Notes under the pieces: generated by a model
Databases searched by the model: none
Told to the model about the DNA's origin: nothing
The model's input: the letters and a program-made list of their open reading frames with translations, nothing else
Translations under genes and position numbers: made by a program
DNA from: Pyrococcus yayanosii CH1
Lineage (GTDB): Archaea > Methanobacteriota_B > Thermococci > Thermococcales > Thermococcaceae
DNA: 32,000 nucleotides
NCBI RefSeq assembly: GCF_000215995.1
Contig: NC_015680.1
Location: forward strand, 1,283,160 to 1,315,159
Reading direction: 5' to 3'
Part shown: one piece after another, positions 17,171 to 25,142 of the stretch
Layout of the letters: every line of letters starts with the position of its first letter
Position numbering within the stretch: the first letter of the stretch is position 1

Positions 17171-17832
17171 CTCGTCCTCACCTCAATAAGCTTAAGGGGG
17201 AGCGTTCTCTCCTCGGAGTTCACGTAAAGAATTCCGTAAAAGTAGACCCTGTGACCGGCGAGACCCTTCATCAGGAAGCGTATGGGAACCATGTTGGTGG
17301 ATATCACCGCCCCACCTTCCCCAAGCTGGAGAATCGTCAGGGAGCCGTAGCTCTTGTAGTCGGCCATATACTTGAGGCGGCCGAGCTCGATCGATGTTAC
17401 GTTACCTTCGATGTAGATGAGACCCGAAAACCTCTCAGAGTAGGCCTCCGTTAGATAACGGGAGAAGGCCTCCTCCGCCTCGCCCTCCGTGGGTGGAACC
17501 TCGTAAACGTATACCTTTCCCCTGGCAATTACCCTTATCTCCTTCGCCCTGAAGTCCTCCTTCGTGGCCTCTGGTCCCCCGAGGGTATAATCGGTGCCAT
17601 TTATTATGACGACTATCGTGGAACCCCTGACGGCAAAGAGCTCCCCCCGGAGGATTCTCTCGTCTGGCGTCGTGAATTCTATCGTGACATTGAAGCCCTT
17701 CACGAGGAGGTTCATTGCTTCGTTCGCGGCCTCATATATCTCGCCACCCCTGTAGTGAACCGCGAGGGAATTTAGAAGCACCCCGAGGAGAGCCACGGTC
17801 AAGATTAGCGGGATGAAGCGGCGGATATTCAT
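17167..17832 (-). CDS. Membrane-anchored or secreted hypothetical protein, first gene of the four-gene envelope operon
   Basis: ORF 17167..17970. The internal ATG at 17830-17832 (MNIRRFIPLILTVALLGVLLNSLAV) follows GGTGGTG and avoids overlapping the divergent queC start. Confidence 0.5.
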   Translation of the reverse strand: MNIRRFIPLILTVALLGVLLNSLAVHYRGGEIYEAANEAMNLLVKGFNVTIEFTTPDERILRGELFAVRGSTIVVIINGTDYTLGGPEATKEDFRAKEIRVIARGKVYVYEVPPTEGEAEEAFSRYLTEAYSERFSGLIYIEGNVTSIELGRLKYMADYKSYGSLTILQLGEGGAVISTNMVPIRFLMKGLAGHRVYFYGILYVNSEERTLPLKLIEVRTR

Positions 17833-17926
17833 GACACCACCACCAGTGCTCGTGATTTGACAGATATAAAGGTTTCGAGCCGAGAAGGTTAAAAGTTCTC
17901 CTCTCTTATTGTAGAGGGGTGAGAAG

Positions 17927-18646
17927 ATGAAGAGAGCGGTCGTGCTCTTCAGTGGCGGCCTTGATTCCACAGCCTGCCTCTACTGGGCGAAGAGGCATTA
18001 CGAGGAAGTTATAATGCTCACCGCCAACTACGGGAGCAACGAGGAGAAAGCAACGAACAGAGTAGCTGAGTTCTTCTCCAAGGAACTTAACGTTCCGCTG
18101 AAAATAGTAAGGCTCGACTTCCTCGAGGAATTCTCGAAGCTCAAGGGAACGAGCCTTGTGGGGGGCGAGACGCCGAAGGTCACGGTGAAGGAGCTGGAGG
18201 ACATCGAAAGGGCGAGAGAGACCGCAAAAAGCGTCTGGGTGCCGGCGAGGAACCTAGTGCTGATAAGCGTGGCGGCATCCTTTCTCGACGCTCTGGGTGG
18301 CGGGGATATAATCGTAGGCTTCAACGCCGAGGAAGGGCAGACTTTCTCGGACAACACACCCGAGTTCGTGGCTCGAGTGAACGAGGCCCTCAAATACGCG
18401 ACCATGAACCCCGTAAGGGTCGTGGCTCCCCTCATAAACCTCGACAAGAGGGGCATAGCGAAGCTCCTAAAGGAGCTAAACGCGAAATACGAGTACTCAA
18501 ACTCCTGCTACATGCCGCAAGGCTTCACAGAGGACGGAAAGCCAATACACTGCGGAAGATGCGAGAGCTGCGTGAGGAGACACCGCGGGCTAATGGATGG
18601 CATAGGAGAGGATAAAACGATATATCTTGTACCGCCAAAGTTATAA
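17927..18646 (+). CDS. queC: 7-cyano-7-deazaguanine (preQ0) synthase
   Basis: 239 aa with the PP-loop motif VLFSGGLDS and the C-terminal zinc cluster C-x-...[11 protein letters not shown] typical of QueC. Confidence 0.9.
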   Translation: MKRAVVLFSGGLDSTACLYWAKRHYEEVIMLTANYGSNEEKATNRVAEFFSKELNVPLKIVRLDFLEEFSKLKGTSLVGGETPKVTVKELEDIERARETAKSVWVPARNLVLISVAASFLDALGGGDIIVGFNAEEGQTFSDNTPEFVARVNEALKYATMNPVRVVAPLINLDKRGIAKLLKELNAKYEYSNSCYMPQGFTEDGKPIHCGRCESCVRRHRGLMDGIGEDKTIYLVPPKL

Positions 18647-18678
18647 GTTCACGGGGTGAACCAGTTCACCGGGTGAAC
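18641..18678 (+). promoter_or_regulatory. TATA-like TTATAAG followed by two tandem palindromes, GTTCAC-GGG-GTGAAC and GTTCAC-CGG-GTGAAC
   Basis: Read directly: TTATAAG at 18641-18647 (overlapping the queC stop), palindrome 1 at 18647-18661, palindrome 2 at 18664-18678. Each right arm contains the SD-like GGGTGA. Confidence 0.5.
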
Positions 18679-19671
18679 CCATTGTTCCTCCAAGGACCCT
18701 GCCACAGGAGGGAGGAGCTGTACGATAGGGAGGAGGAGCTCGAAGCAATAACCAAGGCTCTCAAGAACAATGCTTGGGTAGCAATTTTAGGGCCAAGAAT
18801 GGCAGGGAAAACAAGCTTAGCTATTGTTTCAGCCAACATAACTGGCAAAAAAGTTGTATACGTGAACTTTAAAGGGGCCGAGAGCCTAAGGGATGCAACC
18901 GTTCGAATACTCAACGCACTTGGGGGTTCCAAGCTGATGGGGATTAAGCGAATTAAACTTGGTCCCATAGAAGTCGAGAGGGAAATTGAAAAGCCCTCCT
19001 TACTCCTTGAGGAAATTCTCTTGGGATTAAAAAAGAGTGTTGTTATATTTGATGAAATCCAAGACGTGAAGCAGGGAGTTAACAAGTTCTTAAACGTTCT
19101 CTCTATAGTCAGGAACACAAAGAGGGATGTAGAGTTCATATTTACCGGCTCCGCAATTGGATTGATGGATTCACTACTGAACCCAGATCCAAAAAATCCA
19201 CTGTATGGGAGGAGCCCAATAAAGGTCGAAATAGGTCCGTGGGATATTCAAACAGCAATAAACTTCATTGAAAGTGGACTAAGCGAGTGTAGGGTGGAAT
19301 ACACGACAAAGGAAATTTCGGAAGTTGTTGAAGAACTTGGAACTCTGCCGGGATGGCTGAGCTTCTACGGACTAAGGAGGTGCACCGGAATGAGGCACAG
19401 AGAGGCCCTCGAAGATGCCATAGGGGAAGGAGTTAAGGTAGCGAGGGGAGAACTTGAGAACTTGCTAAGGAGCAGGCCGGAATGGGCAAGGAAAGCCTTA
19501 AGAGCAATGGCCTTTGGAGCAAAATGGAGTGAGCTTTTAAAGCTTGGTGCCTCGAAGTCCGGCCTTCACAACTTTCTTTCCGTGCTGAAGAAGCTTTACC
19601 TTGTATCAAAAAAGGGGAACCTATACGTCATAGCTGATCCCATTTACAGAAAAGCATGCCTTGAGCTTTAA
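18673..19671 (+). CDS. Archaeal-type AAA ATPase (Arch_ATPase-like, probable C-terminal winged-helix domain)
   Basis: 332 aa with Walker A GPRMAGKTS, Walker B-like VVIFDEIQD and the N-terminal REEELE pattern common in this family. The start is uncertain: GTG at 18673 (track), or TTG at 18682, which lies 5 nt after GGGTGA. Confidence 0.65.
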   Translation: MNPLFLQGPCHRREELYDREEELEAITKALKNNAWVAILGPRMAGKTSLAIVSANITGKKVVYVNFKGAESLRDATVRILNALGGSKLMGIKRIKLGPIEVEREIEKPSLLLEEILLGLKKSVVIFDEIQDVKQGVNKFLNVLSIVRNTKRDVEFIFTGSAIGLMDSLLNPDPKNPLYGRSPIKVEIGPWDIQTAINFIESGLSECRVEYTTKEISEVVEELGTLPGWLSFYGLRRCTGMRHREALEDAIGEGVKVARGELENLLRSRPEWARKALRAMAFGAKWSELLKLGASKSGLHNFLSVLKKLYLVSKKGNLYVIADPIYRKACLEL

Positions 19672-20138
19672 TCCCTAGCTTCCTTCCTAATAATTTCCTC
19701 GGGTCTTAAAACCGATATCCCGACTCTTTTCTCCAGGACGTTTATCATAACAATTATATCCGGTCTCTCAAGGTTTACAGGATTGCCATTTGCCGCCTTA
19801 ATTATGCCTCCGAGCCTCCTCTCGAGAAACTTCTCCCCAATTTTTGCCCCCCTCACCTTAACCCTAACGGCAAAGCTCTTCCCTGGGGGCAGTTTTATCT
19901 CCCTAATCCTATCCTCAAGCTCGTCAAAGCTTACAAACTTGTCTATTGGAATAAAGCTTTGGAGGGCGAAGGTCTCGAAGCCCTTAATCCTCTCAATGGC
20001 CTCCTCCCGCGGAAGGGACGTCTCCCCCATCAGAACTCCCCTCCACCTCATTCTCCTGACCTTGGCGTTCAGGGCCCATTCCAGCTCGAGGGCCGCGTCG
20101 CCCTCCCTCCCCGGCGGGCAGGTGGCGAGGAAAAGCAA
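19668..20138 (-). CDS. THUMP domain-containing protein (putative RNA-binding)
   Basis: 156 aa. The N-terminus MLFLATCPPGREGDAALELE and the overall size match small stand-alone archaeal THUMP proteins. Identified by recall only. Confidence 0.55.
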   Translation of the reverse strand: MLFLATCPPGREGDAALELEWALNAKVRRMRWRGVLMGETSLPREEAIERIKGFETFALQSFIPIDKFVSFDELEDRIREIKLPPGKSFAVRVKVRGAKIGEKFLERRLGGIIKAANGNPVNLERPDIIVMINVLEKRVGISVLRPEEIIRKEARD

Positions 20139-20144
20139 GGGCTT

Positions 20145-21002
20145 TCACCTCGCGGTCATTGCCAGAAAGTAGAAAAGCAACTTAGCGGCCGTTAAGGCAG
20201 TCACGTTGCCTATCTCGGTCCCCGCTACCTCCATTATATCAAAACCAACGATACTCTTCCTCTCCGTGAGCCATTCGAGAGCCTCCACGACATCCCAGAA
20301 GCGAAGACCACCGGCCTCTGGCGTCCCCGTCTCGGGAACCAAGGGAGCGTCGAAAACGTCTATGTCAACTGAAACATATATCGGCTCCGGCAAGGATAAC
20401 ACCAGGTCAACGAAGGCGTCGAAACTGTAATCCCTCGCATGCACCCACTCAACGTTATTCTCCCTCGCGAACTCGATCTCCTCCTTCGTCCCGCTCCTGA
20501 CGCCGAAGATGGCGACCTCGACGCCGAGCTCCCTTATCCTCCTAGCCACGCAGGCGTGGTTGAAAAGGCTCCCCTCGTATTCGTTCCTGAGGTCGAGATG
20601 GGCATCGAAGACAACGTAGCTTCGGGGCCTGAGAACCCTAACGGGGGCGTAGGTCATGGAGTGCTCCCCGCCTAAGAAGATTGGGAGTGCACTCCCGTTT
20701 ATCTCCCTTAGCTCCTCCACCGTCCTTGCAGCCCTCTCAAGGGTTCCCTCTACATCACCAGCCATCACAACCAGGTCACCAACGTCGGCAATTCGAAGTT
20801 GAGCGACATCAACATCGTAGTCGAGAACGTAGCTCTCAAGGTTCAGAGTCGCCTGCCTTATGAGAAGAGGGCCAAACCTCGCCCCCGGTTTATAGCTCGT
20901 CGTTCCGTCGAAGGGAAGGCCAAGGATTATGTAGTCCGCCTCTTCGGGATTCACGAGGGGGAGCTCCATGTCGAATGTTCTAAACGTGTAGAGGGGCTCC
21001 AT
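20145..21002 (-). CDS. speB: Agmatinase (ureohydrolase family)
   Basis: Mn-binding ureohydrolase motifs are present: GGEHSMTY, FDAHLDLR and SVDIDVFDAP. The track ORF extends to 21050 (TTG). I prefer the ATG at 21000-21002 (MEPLYTFRTFD...); an ATG at 21047 is also possible. Confidence 0.85.
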   Translation of the reverse strand: MEPLYTFRTFDMELPLVNPEEADYIILGLPFDGTTSYKPGARFGPLLIRQATLNLESYVLDYDVDVAQLRIADVGDLVVMAGDVEGTLERAARTVEELREINGSALPIFLGGEHSMTYAPVRVLRPRSYVVFDAHLDLRNEYEGSLFNHACVARRIRELGVEVAIFGVRSGTKEEIEFARENNVEWVHARDYSFDAFVDLVLSLPEPIYVSVDIDVFDAPLVPETGTPEAGGLRFWDVVEALEWLTERKSIVGFDIMEVAGTEIGNVTALTAAKLLFYFLAMTAR

Positions 21003-21046
21003 GGCACCACCAAAGCTGATCCCGAAAAAGGATTTATAAAGATTCA

Positions 21047-21901
21047 TCAAAGGAGCCCCTCGGCCTTCGCGGCCTCCTCTGGGTCCTCGTTGCGGTGAAT
21101 GACCCTTATGAGGGCCCTTATCATGGGCTCCGGGTTCTTCCTCTGGAAAATGTTCCTGCCGACGACGGCTCCAGCTCCTCCGGCCTCGATAACCTCCCAG
21201 ACTACCTTGAGGAAGTCCAGGGGATTCTCAGCCTTGGCTCCGCCACTCAGAAGAACGGGAACACCCGCAGCAGCATCGACTACCTTGGCGAACGTTTCCT
21301 TAGAGCCCGTCCAGTAGGTCTTTATCATGTCAGCACCACTTTCGGCGGCGGCTCTGGCCCCATACATGACGACGCGATAGTCCTCTTTCTTCCCATACTT
21401 CTCGTTGATGTAGGGGCCCCTTGGGTAAGCGAACTGAACCACTGGAAAGCCGAGGTCGTGAGCGTAGCTTGCTATCTCGGCAAACTGACGCATCATGACA
21501 TCTTCCTGTGGGGAACCCCAGTAAACGGTGGCCGCTATCGCGTCAGCGCCGAGCTTAATGGCGTCCTCGACTAAGGCAAGCTGGCTCTGGAGGAGCTGCT
21601 CCTCCTTTGGCCTCAGGTTGGTCTTGCTCGTGAGCTTTATCATGAGCCCAGCGGTAGGCTTAACGGCATCGCCGGCGATCCTGGCTATGCCGGGGAGCAT
21701 CATGACGCCGTCCACTCCAGCGCGCACAACCTTCCTGATGATCACCCTTGGGTTCACGTGCTCCCAGACCGGCTCGAAATCAGTTGGCCCGTGCTCGAAA
21801 CCGTGGTCCATGGCAAATATCAGGGCCCTTCCATCCCTGCGGAAGAAGCGCCTTAGCCTTCTCCTGATCCCGATGCTTTGATAAGGCTCCACGTATACCA
21901 C
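21047..21901 (-). CDS. fba: Fructose-bisphosphate aldolase, archaeal class I (DhnA/FbaB type)
   Basis: 284 aa starting (M)[38 protein letters not shown], with a TIM-barrel class IA aldolase pattern including the K-containing MIKLTSKT segment. It uses a GTG start. Confidence 0.85.
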   Translation of the reverse strand: MVYVEPYQSIGIRRRLRRFFRRDGRALIFAMDHGFEHGPTDFEPVWEHVNPRVIIRKVVRAGVDGVMMLPGIARIAGDAVKPTAGLMIKLTSKTNLRPKEEQLLQSQLALVEDAIKLGADAIAATVYWGSPQEDVMMRQFAEIASYAHDLGFPVVQFAYPRGPYINEKYGKKEDYRVVMYGARAAAESGADMIKTYWTGSKETFAKVVDAAAGVPVLLSGGAKAENPLDFLKVVWEVIEAGGAGAVVGRNIFQRKNPEPMIRALIRVIHRNEDPEEAAKAEGLL

Positions 21902-21941
21902 CCTCAGTGAATATGAGGAATTTTGACTTAAAAACTTTAAG

Positions 21942-22003
21942 AGCCTCAGTCTGGAACGGCTTCCTCATCTGCTCGGCAGCTACCCTGTTGCCATCATCGG
22001 CCC
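21942..22003 (-). ncRNA. Weak candidate box C/D sRNA
   Basis: The minus strand reads GGGCCG-ATGATGG-CAACAGGGTAGC-TGCC-GAGCAG-ATGAGGA-AGCCGTTCCAGA-CTGA-GGCTC. The C box is near-consensus, and the D box CTGA lies exactly 12 nt after a C'-like box. The D' box is poor. A 4-bp terminal stem (GGCC/GGCU) is possible. Confidence 0.3.
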
Positions 22004-22039
22004 AAAAAAAGATTTGAGGAAAGGGGTTAATTAACCTTT

Positions 22040-22097
22040 GGCCGATGACGACGGATCAACCGGCCGACCGGTGATGACATCAGCCTTGGCCGAGGCC
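22040..22097 (+). ncRNA. Candidate box C/D sRNA
   Basis: The plus strand reads GGCC-G-ATGACGA-CGGATCAACCGG-CCGA-CCG-GTGATGA-CATCAGCCTTGG-CCGA-GGCC. Both guides are exactly 12 nt, the D'-C' spacer is 3 nt, and there is a 4-bp terminal stem GGCC/GGCC. The D and D' boxes are CCGA rather than CTGA, and the C box has C at position 5, giving a C.C instead of the U.U pair. Confidence 0.5.
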
Positions 22098-22304
22098 TCT
22101 CAACTTCATCGTTAGTATTCTGATATCGGTTCTGAAGGGCTCCTTTACTCTGCTGGCCTCCTCCTCGAGCCTTGCGATTAGGGCTTCAACACCATTCACC
22201 TCACTTAGCAAACCGAGAACGAGCTCCCTGAGCCTGTTGTAGTACTCCACGTAGGGCCTTACGTCGAAGAGGGCCTCCTCCACGAGCGCCTTGAGCTCAG
22301 TCAT
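22080..22304 (-). CDS. Small helical hypothetical protein
   Basis: ORF 22080..22364. I prefer the ATG at 22302-22304 (MTELKALVEEALFDV...), which gives an 8-nt overlap with the upstream prsW-like stop. The sequence is helix or coiled-coil-like. Confidence 0.45.
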   Translation of the reverse strand: MTELKALVEEALFDVRPYVEYYNRLRELVLGLLSEVNGVEALIARLEEEASRVKEPFRTDIRILTMKLRGLGQG

Positions 22305-23019
22305 ACCACCTGCCCCCCACGAACCAGTACCACCAAGCCTTCTCCAAGTCCTCCCTTTGGCCAAGGATCACGAGGTACCTGATGAGTGCAAAGTTAACGA
22401 GGAGGAGGAATATAACGAGGATATAGTAGGCAGGTACCGCAAGGCTCAGGAAGGCGTAGTAGTCCCAGAGGAAGTGGAGGAATATGGCGAGGGTATAGTA
22501 GGGAAGAGTTGATCTGATTTTCCCTTCGGCCTTAAGGCCGTACCCAACGCCCACAAGGGCGCTCCACGTGGCATGGGCTATGGGCGTTAAGAAGGCCCTG
22601 CCAATAGTCGTCCCGGGACCATAACCGAGCCCGTAGAGGAGATTCTCGGTTGCGGCAAAGCCGAGTCCAGCGGCAACGCCGTAGACGACGCCGTCCATTA
22701 TCCCGTCCATCTGTCCGGCCCGATAGGGCCACCTTATAGCGAGGGCCTTCGCCGGCTCCTCGACGAAGCCTGCTACGAGGGCCATGTAGAGAACCGTGGC
22801 CGGAAGGACAGTTGGAAGGGAGAACCAGCGCGGAACGAGGATGCTTTCCAAGACAAGGGCGACAAGAACGGATATGGTGCCTCCAAGCAAGAACGTTCCT
22901 ATAACGTACCTTTTGGGCTCCGGTTCTAGGCGATCCTCGTGGTAGAAATACCAGAGAAGGGCGAGGGCAGGTGCGTAAGCGAAGAAGACGAGGGTGGAAA
23001 GGATTTCCACAGGATTCAC
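22297..23019 (-). CDS. PrsW-family intramembrane metalloprotease
   Basis: 240 aa and polytopic, with the motifs FVEEPAKAL (E-E-x-x-K), HATWSAL and HFLWD characteristic of the PrsW family. Confidence 0.7.
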   Translation of the reverse strand: MNPVEILSTLVFFAYAPALALLWYFYHEDRLEPEPKRYVIGTFLLGGTISVLVALVLESILVPRWFSLPTVLPATVLYMALVAGFVEEPAKALAIRWPYRAGQMDGIMDGVVYGVAAGLGFAATENLLYGLGYGPGTTIGRAFLTPIAHATWSALVGVGYGLKAEGKIRSTLPYYTLAIFLHFLWDYYAFLSLAVPAYYILVIFLLLVNFALIRYLVILGQREDLEKAWWYWFVGGRWYD

Positions 23020-23070
23020 CCCCGGTCAGCGAAGCGAAGAGTCATCACCGCTCAGGTGTCCTCGGCTTCA

Positions 23071-23856
23071 TCATCCCGACTTCTCCAGATACTTTTCAAG
23101 GACCTTCGCCGGGACGTCAAGGGGCAGACCAAGCTTGGAGAGGGCAACGCCCAAAGCGTGCCTTGCGGCGAACCCCTTAAACTCCTTCGGGGCGAACTCC
23201 TCAGCCGGAAACGCCTCTAGGCTCTCGGCCAAGGCTTTTATATCTTCCTCCTTCCTAACCTTCTTGAACGTGGAGAAATAGTTCTTTATGCCCTTCACGT
23301 CTATGCGGGCATAAACGGGAATTTTCGAGACGGCGGTTTCGTTTATGCTTGCGAGGAGCCGTGCGACATCGAGCTGAGAGGTCTTCTCATCTATCATCAG
23401 CCTCTTGACGACTATCCACCGGTCATGCTTCGCCGTGAAGTTCACGTGCTCCTCCTCGTAGGGGAGCTTCACCCTTACCTCGGATATCGGCTCCACGGGA
23501 TAATCCACGGGAGCGAGGTTCGCAAGGGAGAGGCGGACGAGGAGTGCCTTGGCGACATCCCCTAGGATCTTCCTGAGCTTCTTGTCCTCCTCCCTTATGA
23601 GAGCGTTTAGCTTCCTAGAGGTGCCAGGGGAACGCAAGTGCTTGAGTACCTCCCAGAGCTCCCCCTCTCCCAAAAGAGCCCTTACACCCTCGACGTCAAT
23701 GACAACCGTGAGGTAATCGGGAAGTTTATTGTTTACCGTGTTTGAAATCCTCGCCAGAAACTTGGCGATTTTCTCTTCTTCCATTTCCTCGAGCCTCTCA
23801 CCCACGAGCCAAGGGCCGTGCCTTGCCGTGAACTCTATGTGGTCCACAACCCTCAT
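23071..23856 (-). CDS. Conserved hypothetical protein with an internal two-fold domain duplication
   Basis: 261 aa. DHIEFTARHGPWLVGERL...IAKFLARISNTVNNKLPDYLTVVIDVEGV aligns with EHVNFTAKHDRWIVVKRL...VARLLASINETAVSKIPVYARIDVKGI. Confidence 0.55.
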   Translation of the reverse strand: MRVVDHIEFTARHGPWLVGERLEEMEEEKIAKFLARISNTVNNKLPDYLTVVIDVEGVRALLGEGELWEVLKHLRSPGTSRKLNALIREEDKKLRKILGDVAKALLVRLSLANLAPVDYPVEPISEVRVKLPYEEEHVNFTAKHDRWIVVKRLMIDEKTSQLDVARLLASINETAVSKIPVYARIDVKGIKNYFSTFKKVRKEEDIKALAESLEAFPAEEFAPKEFKGFAARHALGVALSKLGLPLDVPAKVLEKYLEKSG

Positions 23857-23954
23857 CGCGAATCCCCTCAGTACTTAGAAGGGCCCCCTTTATAGGCTTT
23901 CAGATGAAAAGTTTATTAGGGGTTTCTGCACAAGGTGGTCATCGGTGAGCGGAG

Positions 23955-24353
23955 GTGAAGCTCAGGGAACTCATCGAGAGACTTAACGAAAGGCAGAGAA
24001 AGACCGTAATGGGATGCCTCGAGAAGTGCCAGATCTTCGATCTCGACGAGGAACTGGAGCTAGAGCCAAGGGGTGAGCTCCAGAGGTTCCTCAAAATTAT
24101 GGCGAATCCAATCCGCTATGGAATTCTTAAAATACTAAGGGACAGGTGGATGTGCGTGTGTCTTATCTCTGAAGCCCTTGGTGTCGACCAAACCCTCGTT
24201 AGCCACCACATAAGGATACTGAAGGAGCTCGATCTACTCCATGAGAGGAGGGAAGGCAAGCTGAGGTTCTACAGGACGAACGAAGAAAGGTTAAAGGAGT
24301 TCATTGAAATGCTCGCGGAGGAGTTCGGACATGGAGCTCCAGAGGGACGTTGA
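23955..24353 (+). CDS. ArsR/SmtB family transcriptional regulator
   Basis: 132 aa. The winged HTH reads ANPIRYGILKILRDRWMCVCLISEALGVDQTLVSHHIRILKELDLLHERREGKLRFYR, including a C-V-C motif. The GTG start follows GGTGA. Confidence 0.8.
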   Translation: MKLRELIERLNERQRKTVMGCLEKCQIFDLDEELELEPRGELQRFLKIMANPIRYGILKILRDRWMCVCLISEALGVDQTLVSHHIRILKELDLLHERREGKLRFYRTNEERLKEFIEMLAEEFGHGAPEGR

Positions 24354-24612
24354 TGCTCTCGTGAAGAAGATGGGCGGCTACTGGACGCCTTCCCAGATGC
24401 TGGCAGCCCTGATGGAGGAGGTAGGTGAGCTAGCTGACGAGATACTCGCCATGGAGGGTGTTAAGGGAGAGCCAAGCGAGGAAAAACTGAGGGAAGAGGT
24501 TGGTGACGTTCTCTTCGCCCTCGCATGCATAGCCAACTACTATGGGATAGACCTAGAGGACGCCCTGATGGAAAGCATCAGAAAATATTCAACAAGAGAT
24601 CTCCAACCTTAG
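24331..24612 (+). CDS. MazG-like nucleoside triphosphate pyrophosphohydrolase
   Basis: ORF 24304..24612. I prefer the ATG at 24331 (MELQRDVDALV...) after GGAGGAG. The E-x-x-E motifs EEVGELADE and EEVGDVLFAL are present. It overlaps the arsR-like gene by 23 nt. Confidence 0.75.
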   Translation: MELQRDVDALVKKMGGYWTPSQMLAALMEEVGELADEILAMEGVKGEPSEEKLREEVGDVLFALACIANYYGIDLEDALMESIRKYSTRDLQP

Positions 24613-24686
24613 CTTTAGCCCGTGATGTTGGATATCTTTCGAAAGATTTTTATAAGCTCAATTCTTTTAGGAAGAAGGGTGGTTAG

Positions 24687-25133
24687 ATGAGGAAGCTTGA
24701 TAAGATGGACCTCCAACTCGTTAAGGTTCTCTCCCAGAACTCCCGCCTCACATATAAGGAGCTTGCGGAGCTCCTCAGCACGACCCGGCAAAGGGTCGCG
24801 AGAAGGATGGAGAAGCTCAAAAGGCTCGGCGTCATAAAGAAGTTTACCGTGATTCCCAACTTTGAGAAGCTCGGCTATGCCTACGTCATCCTAGCCGTGT
24901 CCCTCCGGCCCGGCACAGACATTAATACCATAATCGAGAGGCTCCAGGCTAGGGAAGAGGTTAAAATCATCGAGAAGGGGATAGGAGCCCACAGCCTCAT
25001 AATCCACGTGCTCGTCCCCAAAGAGCTGAAGGGCGCAGAAGAGCGCGTTGAGGAGATAATGAATGAGCTAAAGGAAGCAGAAAGAATAGACGTGACATTC
25101 GTCAGCGACGTCGTGAAGTTTGAATTAATTTAA
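24687..25133 (+). CDS. Lrp/AsnC family transcriptional regulator
   Basis: 148 aa. The N-terminal HTH is LDKMDLQLVKVLSQNSRLTYKELAELLSTTRQRVARRMEKLKRLGVIKKF, followed by a RAM-like C-terminal domain. Confidence 0.85.
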   Translation: MRKLDKMDLQLVKVLSQNSRLTYKELAELLSTTRQRVARRMEKLKRLGVIKKFTVIPNFEKLGYAYVILAVSLRPGTDINTIIERLQAREEVKIIEKGIGAHSLIIHVLVPKELKGAEERVEEIMNELKEAERIDVTFVSDVVKFELI

Positions 25134-25142
25134 AAAGAGGGC

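Noticed and set aside
21896-21912. TGM-like element (ATTCAC-TGAGG-GTGGTA) at the fba start, and a shared ATTCAC hexamer in the ppsA promoter
   Set aside because: Only the CAC-N5-GTG core matches the Thermococcales glycolytic motif TATCAC-N5-GTGATA, and the outer positions are mismatched. It overlaps the start codon, and the ppsA copy lacks a second half-site. This is not enough to call.
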